In this document: positions 1 through 10,270 of the stretch, piece after piece
Layout: the number at the start of each line of letters is the position of its first letter
Numbering within the stretch: position 1 is the first letter of the stretch
Source: a virus
Lineage: Duplodnaviria; Heunggongvirae; Uroviricota; Caudoviricetes
DNA: 46,256 bases
Reading direction: 5' to 3' (one strand)
IMG/VR virus record: IMGVR_UViG_2579779052_000002
The notes under the pieces: generated by a model
Told to the model about the DNA's origin: nothing
What the model saw: only the letters and a program-made list of their open reading frames with translations
The model's database searches: none
Translations under genes and position numbers: made by a program

Positions 1-136
1 CAATATCGGTACTGTTTGCTGGCAGACCTGTATGAGGCGGAATATATGCGTCACCTTCACCAATAAATTCATTAGTTCCGGCCAGCAGATTATAAATTTT
101 TATGGTCCGTGCTTGTTCACTCATTCTGAATGCCAT
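1..136 (-). CDS. tfa: tail fiber assembly protein, N-terminal fragment (runs off window start)
   Basis: Minus-strand ATG at 136..134 overlaps stf stop (TAATG). Translation [45 protein letters not shown] resembles lambdoid Tfa N-termini. Position immediately after stf. Confidence 0.8.
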   Translation of the reverse strand, partial: MAFRMSEQARTIKIYNLLAGTNEFIGEGDAYIPPHTGLPANSTDI

Positions 137-3100
137 TATGCAAGCCTCACAATATAGTTAAATGCGATGTTTTTGACGGTGTTTTCCGCGTTACCAGCAG
201 CGTTAACGGTGATGGTGTGTCCATGTGAACCAATCGCAACGGAGTGCGCATGAGCACCAATTGGAACAGAGTGCGCATGGTTACCTGTAGTGCTTGTGGC
301 ACCAGACCAGGTTCTGGAAGCGTTAAAGTTTACAGGAACACCATAAGTAAATTGAGAGCCCGTAAATCCATGGGCTGGCGCAGAGCCACCCAGTGTAAAT
401 GCTCCACTTGCTGTATAGAAATTACCGCTATCACTTCTGAAGTAACCGAGAGTACCGGTAATTTCCATAGTGCCTCGGCTGTGGTTATGGTCACCAGTGG
501 CATTTGAAGACTTAGTACCATAATCAAACGACGACGTGGTTTTCGTCCCCAAATCCGTACTGGATGCACTGGCGCTGTGGGTGTGCGATTTAATGCCGTC
601 CTGTTCCTGAGATAATACGGCTCGACCACTGGCAGGGTTGCCCTTAATCGTCCAGCCCCGCATATCAGGGATCACGCCTGACGGATAAGCAGCTGCAAGT
701 TTCGGGTAAGCAGATTTGTCAAAAGTCTGCCCCTGCATCAGGGCATAACCAGACGGAACGGTATCTGATGGCCACGGGATTGGTGCGCCGACTGGGTAGC
801 TTTCTGGTGGAAGATTTTTCGAGGTATAAACTTCTGCCCAGTCTTCCTCAAAACCATAACCGTCTCTTGAAGAACGGTAGAACAGACCACGATTTCTGTA
901 ATGCGCCTTCATCTGCAGGGTCCGGCAACTTCCGACTCCGGTATAGAAGTTAACCAGAATATAGCTGTCGCCAGAGCGGGTGACATTGTAAGCGCCTGAT
1001 TCGGCATTCCAGGGAACGGCTCCATCCGAATCCGCATAAGCCCCCGTCGAACGTCGGGCAAATGCACCAATATTTTCCGGCGTGAGGTTAATATCCGCCG
1101 AGCCATCAAACTTAACACCGTTAATTTTTGGGACTGCCGCAAGTTTCGTCGCGGTATCGGCGTTCCCCTTCAGTGCCCCGGTGATCCCATCAGTAACAGA
1201 CAACGGACCTGAAATAGTCCCTCCAGTCGTTGGCAGCGCTCCAATATCTGATGGTGTAGGTTTCTGATGTGAGCTATACATCGTATAAACAACACCACCG
1301 GTAACGCTGGAAGGCTTACTCGCTGAATATGTTGGCGAGGTATAAATAGAAACTGACGCATTTGTAGTACAATCCCAATGGATATTTACACTCGTCGCAT
1401 AATTGCCAATCTCAACGTAAATATCATATGTATCGCCGGATGTGTTGATCCAGGCGAAATTCGTTAATCCGACGGCTGTACGCTTCCACAAAGCTCCGGT
1501 AATCCCTTTGGGCTTTCCATTGCCTGCTCGTAGAACCAGTTCTGAAATGCCTGCCTGCTGTGGGGAGCCGACGTTGTAACCAGCGCCACCAATCAATGCG
1601 ATGTAAACGATGGAACTCGCTTGTGGCATGGTAACCGTTGCCAGTTTGAACCCCCCTGCCCCGCCAGAGAAAGAGATCGTTACTGAATTTAAAGTGCCAA
1701 TATCTTTCGGTGTTAATGTTATATCCGCAGTCAGTGCTTTCCCGTTAACTTTTCGGTTAGATGGTACCCTGCCATTCGCATTGTCATTCGCTGCTTTAAC
1801 TGCCTTCGGTGTCGCGGCAAGCGTTTCAGATGTGCTGTTGGTTGCACTGCTGAGCTGTACTATCCCCTTTTTCGTCGTACTTGCATCCTCAAGCGCCACG
1901 GCGGATGCAATATCCTCTGCCCGTTTTGCCGCTGTCTCGGCGCGCGTTGCCGCGGATTCCGCCGTACTTTTGCTCTGTGCTGCCGCCGTCGCACTGCCAG
2001 TTGCCTCTGTCGCCTTCGTGGATGCTGTCGTGGCGCTGCCCTTCGCTGCTGACGCCTGTCTGGTCGCCTCATCTTTTGAAGCTGACGCCGATGATGCCGA
2101 TGACGCCGCCGAACTAGCGGACGATGCGGCAGCCGTTTTTGAGGATTCTGCGCTGGTTTCCGACGCTTTCGCGTTCGTCTCGGATGTCTTCGCTGCGGAA
2201 GCAGACCTCGCTGCTGCACTGGCCTGTTCAGTGGCTTCGCCAGCCTTCGTTGTGGCTGTTGAAGCAGACGAGGCGGCACTTTCTGCCGACTTTCCGGCAG
2301 CGGTGGCACTGGCTGAGGCCTGCCCGGCACTTGTTGACGCGGCACTGGCAGATAATGCAGCCGCTGTTTTTGAACCTGCCGCAGCTGAGGCGCTCTGTTC
2401 CGCTGCCGTCTCAGAAGACTTAGCGTTCGTCTCGGACGTTTTTGCCGCCTTCGCAGAATTTGCTGTCGCCGTTGCCGAGGAAGCTGCGCTGCTGGCGCTC
2501 GAGGATGCATTCGTTTCTGAAGATTTCGCTGCCTCTTTTGAGGCCGCCGCACCCCGTGCCGAGGTGGCAGCTTCTGACGCCTTCGTGGTCGCTGTGGATG
2601 CAGAAGTGGCTGCCGATTTTTGTGATGCTGCGGCATTCGTTTCTGACGTTTTCGCGGCACTGGCGCTGGTAGCTGCCGCGCTTTTTGATGACTCTGCAGC
2701 AGCAGCACTTTTTGAGGCTTCAGTGGCCTTTATTGATGCCGTTCCTGCGCTGGAAGACGCTGACTGAGCCGACGACGCGGCCTGTCCGGCTGACGTGCTG
2801 GCTGCACGTGCTGAGCCTGCAGCATCAGTCGCATGGGTTGCCGCCTCACGGGCTGATGTGCTGGCATCGCCGGCTGACTTCTTCGCGGCTGCCGTGTTCT
2901 GTGCCACTGCGGACGCGTTACGCGCCACCTCTTCCACCATCACTTCAAAACGGCGCAGTGCCTCCGGACGGGCATCATCCTCCGTCATGGCACCGAGAAA
3001 ATCATTCAGCGTACCCGGTTGTGAGTCTTCATACACGGTGATGGTCCCGGCGTGTGACGGCGGGAATCCCTCCACCAACAGACTGACGCTGTACTGACCA

Positions 3101-3264
3101 TACTCGACGTCCATTGTATAACGCCCGGCTTCATCCGGGTTTTCTGAGGCCACTGTGTTCACCACCACCGTGCTGCTGGTTCGTCTGGCCTTCAGCACAA
3201 TGGTGCAGTTCTGTACTGGTTTTCCTGTGCCATCTTTAAGCACGCCAGAAATTTTTACTGTCAT
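136..3264 (-). CDS. stf: side tail fiber protein (1042 aa) with long Ala/Ser/Thr-rich low-complexity central region and His-rich C-terminal tip
   Basis: ORF-track protein; N-terminus [26 protein letters not shown] and central [13 protein letters not shown] repeats match lambda-type Stf; C-terminus has HxH motifs ([21 protein letters not shown]). GGTGGA RBS before ATG. Confidence 0.9.
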   Translation of the reverse strand: MTVKISGVLKDGTGKPVQNCTIVLKARRTSSTVVVNTVASENPDEAGRYTMDVEYGQYSVSLLVEGFPPSHAGTITVYEDSQPGTLNDFLGAMTEDDARPEALRRFEVMVEEVARNASAVAQNTAAAKKSAGDASTSAREAATHATDAAGSARAASTSAGQAASSAQSASSSAGTASIKATEASKSAAAAESSKSAAATSASAAKTSETNAAASQKSAATSASTATTKASEAATSARGAAASKEAAKSSETNASSSASSAASSATATANSAKAAKTSETNAKSSETAAEQSASAAAGSKTAAALSASAASTSAGQASASATAAGKSAESAASSASTATTKAGEATEQASAAARSASAAKTSETNAKASETSAESSKTAAASSASSAASSASSASASKDEATRQASAAKGSATTASTKATEATGSATAAAQSKSTAESAATRAETAAKRAEDIASAVALEDASTTKKGIVQLSSATNSTSETLAATPKAVKAANDNANGRVPSNRKVNGKALTADITLTPKDIGTLNSVTISFSGGAGGFKLATVTMPQASSIVYIALIGGAGYNVGSPQQAGISELVLRAGNGKPKGITGALWKRTAVGLTNFAWINTSGDTYDIYVEIGNYATSVNIHWDCTTNASVSIYTSPTYSASKPSSVTGGVVYTMYSSHQKPTPSDIGALPTTGGTISGPLSVTDGITGALKGNADTATKLAAVPKINGVKFDGSADINLTPENIGAFARRSTGAYADSDGAVPWNAESGAYNVTRSGDSYILVNFYTGVGSCRTLQMKAHYRNRGLFYRSSRDGYGFEEDWAEVYTSKNLPPESYPVGAPIPWPSDTVPSGYALMQGQTFDKSAYPKLAAAYPSGVIPDMRGWTIKGNPASGRAVLSQEQDGIKSHTHSASASSTDLGTKTTSSFDYGTKSSNATGDHNHSRGTMEITGTLGYFRSDSGNFYTASGAFTLGGSAPAHGFTGSQFTYGVPVNFNASRTWSGATSTTGNHAHSVPIGAHAHSVAIGSHGHTITVNAAGNAENTVKNIAFNYIVRLA

Positions 3265-3278
3265 ACTTTTCCACCAAT

Positions 3279-3311
3279 AAAAAAAGCCCGCAGCAGTGAC
3301 GCCACGGGCTT
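3279..3311 (-). terminator. rho-independent terminator downstream of lom
   Basis: Minus strand reads GCCCG-loop-CGGGC followed by TTTTTTTATT. Confidence 0.6.
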
Positions 3312-3415
3312 CAGGACAGTGTAACTTTACGTTTCCTCAAACGCAGTTCACCCCATAAGGTGGATGAACCTGCGTATCATAACAATATTTACAGAAGATA
3401 AATCGGCGTCTGTTG

Positions 3416-4015
3416 TCAGAAACGGTATCCGATACCAACAATAAATGCATCCGTTCGCCAGTCGCCACTACCGGAACCTTCATAAGCAAGGTCAATGGTC
3501 ACGTATTCGGTCGGGTTAAACTGCACGCCAGCCCCCCACGCCAGAGACGTGTTGCTGTGGCGACCGTCATCACTTCCGGTCAGCACGTCGTGCGTTTTCC
3601 CCTTGTTGTCAGTTACGCGGAGATAATCCCCGGAGAAAGTCGACACACGGCTGTAAGCCACACCCACCATCGCATACGCGCTGAACCATTCATTCACGCG
3701 TACAGACGGCCCCGCCATCACGCTGAACCAGCGGTTACGCACGGAATCTTCATGCCAGCGGGTATCGCTGTAGTGCGTTTTTTGCTCATCCTCAGCATTG
3801 GCATAACTGAAGGACGTAATCAGCCCCAGCGCGTCCGTAAACTCATAACGGTATTTCACGTTAATCCCGTTCAGATTATCGCTGCCGGGAGCGTTCGTAC
3901 GGGCATGAAGATACCCCGCGCTCAGTGTGGACTGATGTTCAGACGCCCATGCAGGCGCACCGGATACGGACAGACAGATGGCTGCGGACAAAATGGCTGC
4001 ACAAACTTTACGCAT
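3416..4015 (-). CDS. lom: Lom/Ail-family outer membrane beta-barrel protein
   Basis: 199 aa with N-terminal signal peptide (MRKVCAAILSAAICLSVSGAPAWA) and C-terminal ...IVGIGYRF typical of Ail/Lom/PagC family; located between J and stf as in lambda. Confidence 0.9.
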   Translation of the reverse strand: MRKVCAAILSAAICLSVSGAPAWASEHQSTLSAGYLHARTNAPGSDNLNGINVKYRYEFTDALGLITSFSYANAEDEQKTHYSDTRWHEDSVRNRWFSVMAGPSVRVNEWFSAYAMVGVAYSRVSTFSGDYLRVTDNKGKTHDVLTGSDDGRHSNTSLAWGAGVQFNPTEYVTIDLAYEGSGSGDWRTDAFIVGIGYRF

Positions 4016-4038
4016 AATTACCTCTCGCTTTTCTGCAA

Positions 4039-4064
4039 TAAAAAAGGCGCCATTTCTGGCGCCC
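4039..4064 (-). terminator. rho-independent terminator between J and lom
   Basis: GGCGCC-ATTTCT-GGCGCC hairpin followed on minus strand by TTTTTTATTG. Confidence 0.6.
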
Positions 4065-4082
4065 GTATATGGGTTATAAAAT

Positions 4083-7000
4083 TCAGCTGATACTGATGCC
4101 TGCGGTGGCTTTCTTCATCACCACAACCAGCAAATCGCTGATACTTGCTGTGGGATACCAGTTATTCACCAGCCATGCTGACACCGAAAACTCCAGTGTC
4201 ATGTGACCGTGACCGGCAGGCATATCAATAACACCACTGTAAATCAGCGTATTATCCAGCGCGGTACGGTTATAAATTTCAGCACCGTTTTTCCGCACTA
4301 TCAGACGGCATGAGGAGTAAATATCAGTATGCTCTTTCTCATGTTTAGCGCCGCTGAATGCCACCGCCGGAATAACAATCTGCCGGTCAAACGGCTGATC
4401 GTCATAAACCCTGACGGTAATGGTCCCTGATGGCCACCGCTCCGGTGCACGGGAGTCCCGGGGGAAAGCTTTGCCCACTGTTTTAACGAGATCGCCTTCA
4501 ATCTGGTTCGCGGACAATTTTCCCAGAACCCGACAGTTCTCGTTAATCGTGACGTTGTTGAGCGTCCCGGAGTTCGCATTCACGTTACCGCTGATATCGG
4601 CATTTTTCGCCGTCAGCCGCCCGTCCGGTGTCAGGGAAAATGCCGGAGGATTACCGCCGCTGGTAATGGTGGGAGCCGTCAGATATTTCAGGAACACTTC
4701 ATTCATAAATATCTGATCGCCCTGACCAACAAACATCGGCTTTGTGTTGCCATTCGCAGGATTAATCATCGCAATCCTGTCTGCCGCCAGCAGCACCTGA
4801 CTCTGCATTCCTGCTGGCGTATTCTCAATACCGGCACCGATACCCGCAATATAAAGGCGTCCGTCCTGCATCTGCTGCAGTTTCACGGCCCACATGCTGT
4901 TCAGGTTATTATTTGTATCAACCTGAACTTTCTGTATCTGCTGGATTGCCGCACTCTGATTTTCCAGTTTTTTATTGACGGTCTGCGTGATTTCATTGCT
5001 GACATTCGTAATGGACGTCCTGATTTCAGCCAGGTCCGGCGCAAGCTGACCGTTATCAATCTGCGTCCACAGCTCCTGGGCCAGATGTGTTTTCCCGATT
5101 TCTCCTTTGAAAAAATCCAGGTAACCTTCCGCATCATCGCTCGCCCGACCGACAGCCTCCACGAATGCCGATTTGCCAACAGTATTCACACTGCGGATAT
5201 AAAAATAATAATCATGGCCCGGTTTGATATTGATACTGGCAGCTATCCAGTACAGCGCCGAGCCAAGATAGCGGGCTGCGGTTTCAATCTGCCTGATATC
5301 CGCAATCCGCTTTTCCGAGAACCAGAACTCAAACTGTACCGTCGGGTCATAAACGGCAAGATGCGGCGTGGCGGTTATCTGAAAATAGCCCGGCGTCAGC
5401 TCAATCCGCGACGGTGCTGCCGGTGCGGCAATCCGGAAGGTGGTGGTGGCAGGTTCACCCTGCTGGCCATAGCTGTTTATCGCCCGCACCGTCAGGGTGT
5501 ATTCCCCGAGCGGCAGGCCGCTGAAACGGTTCTCCGTGTCTGCGGTGATGGCGGTGGTCACCAGTCTGGCATCCGTTCCCTTACCACTGGTCAGGCGCAG
5601 ACTGAAGCGCACACCCTTCACCACCCGCGGCGTGTCCCATTTCGCCTGCGCCAGATACTGGCCGTCAGCTGCGCTCACCTCCACCGTCAGGTGCTGCACT
5701 GCCGGTGGGATGACGCTGTTCAGGGAACCTGACTGCGGCTCAAAGCGGGCACCGTTATCCACGATGGCTTCTTTTTCCGGTACGTGCTGCACCGCCGTGA
5801 TGGCAAAGGTGCCGTCCGTGTTTTCCCGGACGGAGACACAGCGGAACAGGCGACGGCGCAGTGACGGCAGGGAGAGTCCCCACACCCCGTATGTCTCCAC
5901 ACCATCAGGCAGGGTACTGACCTGTATCCGGTCCGGCGCGGGGTGTTCGGTGATGTCCACACTCACTGGCTTACCGCTGCCGTTAATCAGGTTCACCGTG
6001 GCGGCACCGGTCTCCGGAAGTGTCACTTCACGGTCCAGCGTCAGGGTGCGGGTGGCAGCATCAATGGACAGGACACGTCCGCCGGTCAGGGTCCCGGCAT
6101 AGTCGTTATCACAGATTTCAATGATGTCACCGGGTGTGTGCCGCAGCCCCTGAGACCCGAGCGTGAAATCCACCGTCTGCGTTTCCAGCAGTTCGGTCTT
6201 TATCACCCACAGTCCGGCACGGTGGGCCTGACCGCGGCTGGTACAGCCGAACGCGTCCATCTTCAGCAGGTTGCGTCCGTAGCGCAGTATGGCTTCCGGG
6301 TCTTCCACCAGTTCCGTGGAGGTCTGCCAGCCGTTCTGCGGGTCGGTGTAATTCACCTCCACCGCCGTGTGCCGGTCCTTCAGGGCACTGAAGCTGTAGC
6401 GGAATCCCACGCCGTTATCATCCACCACCACATCGCTGTTGGTGTACGGCCACACCACATCCGACGGGCGGTCCTGAACGAACGTCAGCGTCTGACCGTT
6501 CCATACCGGCATACAGCGCATCGCAGAGCAGAAATCACTGAGAACGTCCCACGCCTTACGCTGTTGTGCCAGGTACGCATTAAAGGTCATCCGCGGCTCG
6601 GTCCCCCCGAAACCATCCGGGACCGTCTGATCGCAGTACTGCCCGATGGCATACAGCGCCCACTTGTCCACATCCGCCGCCCCCAGACGTTTTCCCATGC
6701 CGTAGCGCGGGTGAGTCAGCATGTCCCACAGGCACCAGGCCGGGTTGTTGCTGTATGCCGGTTTCAGACTGCCGTCCCAGATACCACTGTACGTGCGTTT
6801 TTCCGGGTCATAGTTTGACGGCACCTGGATGATACGACCGCGGATATGGTAGTTCACCGTCATCTGCTGGCCGCCGAACTGCTCCGCATCCACCTGCAGC
6901 CCCACAATGGCCGTGTTCGGGTAGCACTGTTTCACATCGATGATTTCGGTGTATGACGACCACAGCGTCTTATTCTGCAGCTGGTCCGTGGTGCTGTCCG

Positions 7001-7556
7001 CCGTCTCCCTGACCATCCGGATGTTAAAGGGCCGGGGAGGCAGATTATCCAGAATCACCGAGGCCAGGAACTGTGAGGTGGTCTTGCCGTTAATGGTGAC
7101 GTCCTTTTCTGTCACCCAGTTACCGTTACGCTGTAACTGAATCAGCAGGCGGACGGTTGCCGGGTTACGGTCACCCTTTGAGGTGGTCTCCACCAGTGAC
7201 TGCACCCCGAAGGTAACCCGCAGGCGGTCAATGTTCGCGGACGTAATGGTGCGCGTCACCGGTTTTGCCTTCGTCACTTCCACGCCCAGTCCGGTTTCAG
7301 CTCCGGAGGACTCAAAGCCTTCCGGTGGTGTCTGCTCCTGCTCCCCGGCGCGCCAGACCGCCGTCACACCGTGTATCACGGGATTGCCGTCCGTGTCCGT
7401 CAGTGGGGTTTTGTTCACCAGAATACTCTGCAGTCCCTTCACCGGACCTTCTATCGGTCCCTCACCAATCGCATCAATCACGCTCATCATCTGCGTGGAT
7501 TTGAGATTATCCTTCGCCTCACGAGGCGTGTGTGCCTTACCGCCACCTTTTCCCAT
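4083..7556 (-). CDS. J: central tail fiber / host specificity protein J
   Basis: 1157 aa; N-terminus [22 protein letters not shown] and long collinear similarity to lambda gpJ as recalled; GGGGAAGG RBS. Confidence 0.95.
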   Translation of the reverse strand: MGKGGGKAHTPREAKDNLKSTQMMSVIDAIGEGPIEGPVKGLQSILVNKTPLTDTDGNPVIHGVTAVWRAGEQEQTPPEGFESSGAETGLGVEVTKAKPVTRTITSANIDRLRVTFGVQSLVETTSKGDRNPATVRLLIQLQRNGNWVTEKDVTINGKTTSQFLASVILDNLPPRPFNIRMVRETADSTTDQLQNKTLWSSYTEIIDVKQCYPNTAIVGLQVDAEQFGGQQMTVNYHIRGRIIQVPSNYDPEKRTYSGIWDGSLKPAYSNNPAWCLWDMLTHPRYGMGKRLGAADVDKWALYAIGQYCDQTVPDGFGGTEPRMTFNAYLAQQRKAWDVLSDFCSAMRCMPVWNGQTLTFVQDRPSDVVWPYTNSDVVVDDNGVGFRYSFSALKDRHTAVEVNYTDPQNGWQTSTELVEDPEAILRYGRNLLKMDAFGCTSRGQAHRAGLWVIKTELLETQTVDFTLGSQGLRHTPGDIIEICDNDYAGTLTGGRVLSIDAATRTLTLDREVTLPETGAATVNLINGSGKPVSVDITEHPAPDRIQVSTLPDGVETYGVWGLSLPSLRRRLFRCVSVRENTDGTFAITAVQHVPEKEAIVDNGARFEPQSGSLNSVIPPAVQHLTVEVSAADGQYLAQAKWDTPRVVKGVRFSLRLTSGKGTDARLVTTAITADTENRFSGLPLGEYTLTVRAINSYGQQGEPATTTFRIAAPAAPSRIELTPGYFQITATPHLAVYDPTVQFEFWFSEKRIADIRQIETAARYLGSALYWIAASINIKPGHDYYFYIRSVNTVGKSAFVEAVGRASDDAEGYLDFFKGEIGKTHLAQELWTQIDNGQLAPDLAEIRTSITNVSNEITQTVNKKLENQSAAIQQIQKVQVDTNNNLNSMWAVKLQQMQDGRLYIAGIGAGIENTPAGMQSQVLLAADRIAMINPANGNTKPMFVGQGDQIFMNEVFLKYLTAPTITSGGNPPAFSLTPDGRLTAKNADISGNVNANSGTLNNVTINENCRVLGKLSANQIEGDLVKTVGKAFPRDSRAPERWPSGTITVRVYDDQPFDRQIVIPAVAFSGAKHEKEHTDIYSSCRLIVRKNGAEIYNRTALDNTLIYSGVIDMPAGHGHMTLEFSVSAWLVNNWYPTASISDLLVVVMKKATAGISIS

Positions 7557-7660
7557 ACAGCCTTCCCCTGAATAAATTAACCGCCACTTGCCATTCCGTA
7601 CAGAAGTCGGATATCCTTCGCCCGAAAAGCATGAAACACATTTCTGCCATGCTAAAGAGA

Positions 7661-7694
7661 AACCCCGGTATCAGCAGATACCGGGGTTTTCTTT
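7661..7694. terminator. bidirectional intrinsic terminator hairpin in I-J spacer
   Basis: CCCCGGTATC-loop-GATACCGGGG stem flanked by A-run upstream and T-run downstream, so a T-tract follows the stem on either strand. Confidence 0.55.
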
Positions 7695-7760
7695 CATGCC
7701 CACCGATAATCCTGTTGGTTAAAACCGGTAATGGCATAAAAATTCTGAATATCTTCACAT

Positions 7761-7789
7761 TTTCACACACTGACTGTGGCGCTTATAAT
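7761..7789 (+). promoter_or_regulatory. candidate sigma70 promoter (TTTCAC-17 nt-TATAAT)
   Basis: Perfect -10 hexamer TATAAT at 7784-7789 with weak -35 at 7761-7766; about 100 nt upstream of a plus-strand terminator. Confidence 0.3.
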
Positions 7790-7860
7790 TTCGCTGCGTT
7801 AGTGTTTTTTTGCCCGAGTAACAAAAACAACTCCTTAACATTGATCTTCATTTGTCTGTC

Positions 7861-7893
7861 CCCGCAGCTCCGCGATCACTGCGGGATTTTTTT
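7861..7893 (+). terminator. plus-strand intrinsic terminator
   Basis: CCCGCAG-loop-CTGCGGG followed by ATTTTTTT on plus strand only. Confidence 0.5.
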
Positions 7894-7898
7894 ATGTT

Positions 7899-8579
7899 TT
7901 ATCCCTGTCGCCCGATAACCACGACCGTTCCGCCCCCGCCTTCATCACGGGTGCTGATGTCCTGGGATATACGGCGGGAGCCAACCAGCATTTCCCCGTA
8001 AGGCACCGGCATCGGGTTCCCCTGGGCAATCATGTTATCCAGCGAGGAAAAGTACGTGTTCTGTCTGCCGTTATCCGTTGCGCGGTAATCCGGTGTTTTT
8101 GCCTTCGGGGCCAGCATCTGGGCCACACCGCCCAGAATCATGCTGGCTCCAAGTGAAAACAGCATCGTGGTGGCAGAAAAACCACCGGCTGCCAGGGCTG
8201 AACCCCATAACGCCATTGATGCCCCGGCAGTGAAGAAAGAGCCCACGATGGCTGCCGCCCCCAGCACAATCTGCAGTCCACCCTTTCCGGCCCCGGCCAG
8301 TCGCGGCACAATATGGATGACCGTTCCCTCACCCAGCTGTTCGTGAAGACGGGCGTACACCGCCTCCGGTGCCGTGTCATAACCGGCAATACGTATCTGG
8401 TACCAGCCTTCGTTCATCTGACGGCGAAAGCCCGGCACCTGTAACGACAGCGCCCGGATGGCTTCCGCTGCCGTGTTCACATACAGGCTGAGGCGGCGGC
8501 CAAATCGTTGTAAATCCCCGTGAAGGCAGATGCGTGCCAGTGGCGGTGACGCCAGACAGAATGCGTTCGTCGTTGCCAT
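7899..8579 (-). CDS. I: tail assembly protein I
   Basis: 226 aa; N-terminus MATTNAFCLASPPLARICLHGDLQRFGRRLSLYVNTAAEAIRALSLQVPGF matches lambda gpI as recalled. Confidence 0.9.
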   Translation of the reverse strand: MATTNAFCLASPPLARICLHGDLQRFGRRLSLYVNTAAEAIRALSLQVPGFRRQMNEGWYQIRIAGYDTAPEAVYARLHEQLGEGTVIHIVPRLAGAGKGGLQIVLGAAAIVGSFFTAGASMALWGSALAAGGFSATTMLFSLGASMILGGVAQMLAPKAKTPDYRATDNGRQNTYFSSLDNMIAQGNPMPVPYGEMLVGSRRISQDISTRDEGGGGTVVVIGRQG

Positions 8580-9220
8580 TTTTCGGAATACCTCTCCCGT
8601 TTACTCAGTTGTTCAGGCAGATGGTGAAGCAGCTCACCGTTGCCGCAGTAAATGGCGGCATGGTTCGGTACCGAAGCACCAAAGCAGCACAGCAGAATAT
8701 CGCCCGCCTGTGCAGAGGACAGGGGCACCCGGTAAAAGCCGGTGACCGCCATATTGTCCAGGTAAAGGTTCTGACCGTTGCGCCACCAGTCATCCTCGCG
8801 ATGAAAATCCGGCATTTCAGTCCCCGCCAGATGATAAGCATCCCGGAACAGCGTGTAACAGTCCGTCACCCCGTGCTCAAAGCGCCGTCCTGTCAGATGT
8901 GGCACACAGCGGAATTTGTGAATGTCACCCCGGCAGACCAGCCACCAGGGCAGTGCGCTTTTTATCTGCAGCCGCCGGTCAGCCTCGCTCAGCCAGGGCA
9001 GCCCACCGGGATGACTGTGGACCAGTGCCACAATCTCCCCCTGCATCTCTGCCCGCAGCCAGTCTTCCGGTGCGATACGAAAATACGCCTCCGGCTCTGC
9101 AGAAATATTCACACAAGGGATATACCACTCCCCCTCCGGCGTGCTTATCACGAAGCCGCACGACTCCGCAGGCGCACACCGCCGGGCATGCGCCAGAATC
9201 GCTGATTCAGTCTGTGTCAT
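8477..9220 (-). CDS. K: tail assembly protein K (NlpC/P60-like)
   Basis: Chosen start ATG at 9220 (MTQTESAILAHARRCAPAESCGFV, lambda gpK-like) rather than the upstream ORF-track start; ~100 nt 3' overlap with I. Confidence 0.85.
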   Translation of the reverse strand: MTQTESAILAHARRCAPAESCGFVISTPEGEWYIPCVNISAEPEAYFRIAPEDWLRAEMQGEIVALVHSHPGGLPWLSEADRRLQIKSALPWWLVCRGDIHKFRCVPHLTGRRFEHGVTDCYTLFRDAYHLAGTEMPDFHREDDWWRNGQNLYLDNMAVTGFYRVPLSSAQAGDILLCCFGASVPNHAAIYCGNGELLHHLPEQLSKRERYSEKWQRRTHSVWRHRHWHASAFTGIYNDLAAASACM

Positions 9221-9230
9221 AAACCGGGAT

Positions 9231-9929
9231 TTACTGCGAAAGTTTATTAATGGAAAGGAAACCGCCAAAATTGCCGACATTCCTGCGCAGTTCACACCCG
9301 CGCATGCACTTGCTGCATCTGTCCTTACGGATATCCGTGGTGGGGTTGTCGAACTCATCCGCCACCGCAGGACCGTTATACCCGCATTCATCTCCCCGGT
9401 AATCCCACATACAGGTGTTCGCCAGCATGATGCGACCGGGAAACAGCGCCCCATCCGTCTCGGTCGGTGTAGCCAGCACAAACGAGGCCGTCATGGCTGT
9501 CAGCTGCGACATCTGCTCCACCACCCAGCGGTCACTCAGCTCCTGCTCCGGGTCCGCCTCCGGATTGCCCGCAACGAAATTCACCGCATCCAGAAAACGG
9601 GCATACACCCGGCGGCGGACCACCGTGGCCCCCACCAGACTCTGCAGGTCCTCCGCCATCCCGGTGACAAGGCCAAACAGATTGGACACCGTCAGCGACG
9701 GGCGGGCACTGCTGCCCCGGCCGTTCATCTCAAAGCCGCTGCCGTCAATCGGGTATGCCTCATACTTACGCCCCTGCCAGGTGACCGGCTCCCCTTTTTC
9801 ATTCAGCTCATTACAGAAAAAATACCGCTCACCACCCTGTACCGTCAGGTCGATTTCCCAGAGTACCACCCGCGGTGACTGCTCTGATTTAACCGACTCG
9901 TTCAGACTTTCTTCGCGAATATCCTGCAT
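9231..9929 (-). CDS. L: minor tail protein L
   Basis: 232 aa, MQDIREESLNES..., lambda gpL-like; start overlaps M stop. Confidence 0.9.
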   Translation of the reverse strand: MQDIREESLNESVKSEQSPRVVLWEIDLTVQGGERYFFCNELNEKGEPVTWQGRKYEAYPIDGSGFEMNGRGSSARPSLTVSNLFGLVTGMAEDLQSLVGATVVRRRVYARFLDAVNFVAGNPEADPEQELSDRWVVEQMSQLTAMTASFVLATPTETDGALFPGRIMLANTCMWDYRGDECGYNGPAVADEFDNPTTDIRKDRCSKCMRGCELRRNVGNFGGFLSINKLSQ

Positions 9930-10270
9930 CAGTTCACCACCTGCTCAATCGTACAACTGAAATCACTGTACCTGGCGTTATCTGTGACGCTCCACTCCCG
10001 GCACACCACCCTCACCGTCCGGTTATGTTTCGGCGGTCGCCACAAAAAGGCACGGTAACCACCATGCCAGGATAAAAATTCATCCAGCCAGCGCCGGGTT
10101 GGTTCATCCGTCACCCGGAACACCGCCTGAAACGTCTTCAGTCTGGCATTAAGTCCCGTCGGTCGGCGCTGTTCATAACCGTCACCAAACCGAACCCTCA
10201 CCACCGACGGTTTCTCACTCACCTGCATCCCTTCACGCGGGACCAGATGCAGCGTTTTTATCTCAGCCAC
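9929..10270 (-). CDS. M: minor tail protein M
   Basis: 113 aa, MAEIKTLHLVPREGMQVSEKP..., lambda gpM-like; 8-nt overlap with H. Confidence 0.9.
   Translation of the reverse strand: MAEIKTLHLVPREGMQVSEKPSVVRVRFGDGYEQRRPTGLNARLKTFQAVFRVTDEPTRRWLDEFLSWHGGYRAFLWRPPKHNRTVRVVCREWSVTDNARYSDFSCTIEQVVN

Noticed and set aside
1610-2767. 385-aa Ala-rich plus-strand ORF, and other long ORFs at 1860-2708 and 2685-3097
   Set aside because: Antisense or alternate-frame to the stf low-complexity repeat region; an artefact of the biased repeat sequence.
5085-6818. Several 200-290-aa plus-strand ORFs inside J
   Set aside because: Antisense to a well-supported J coding sequence; no RBS or recognisable domains.
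8534-9205. 223-aa plus-strand ORF
   Set aside because: Antisense to tail gene K.
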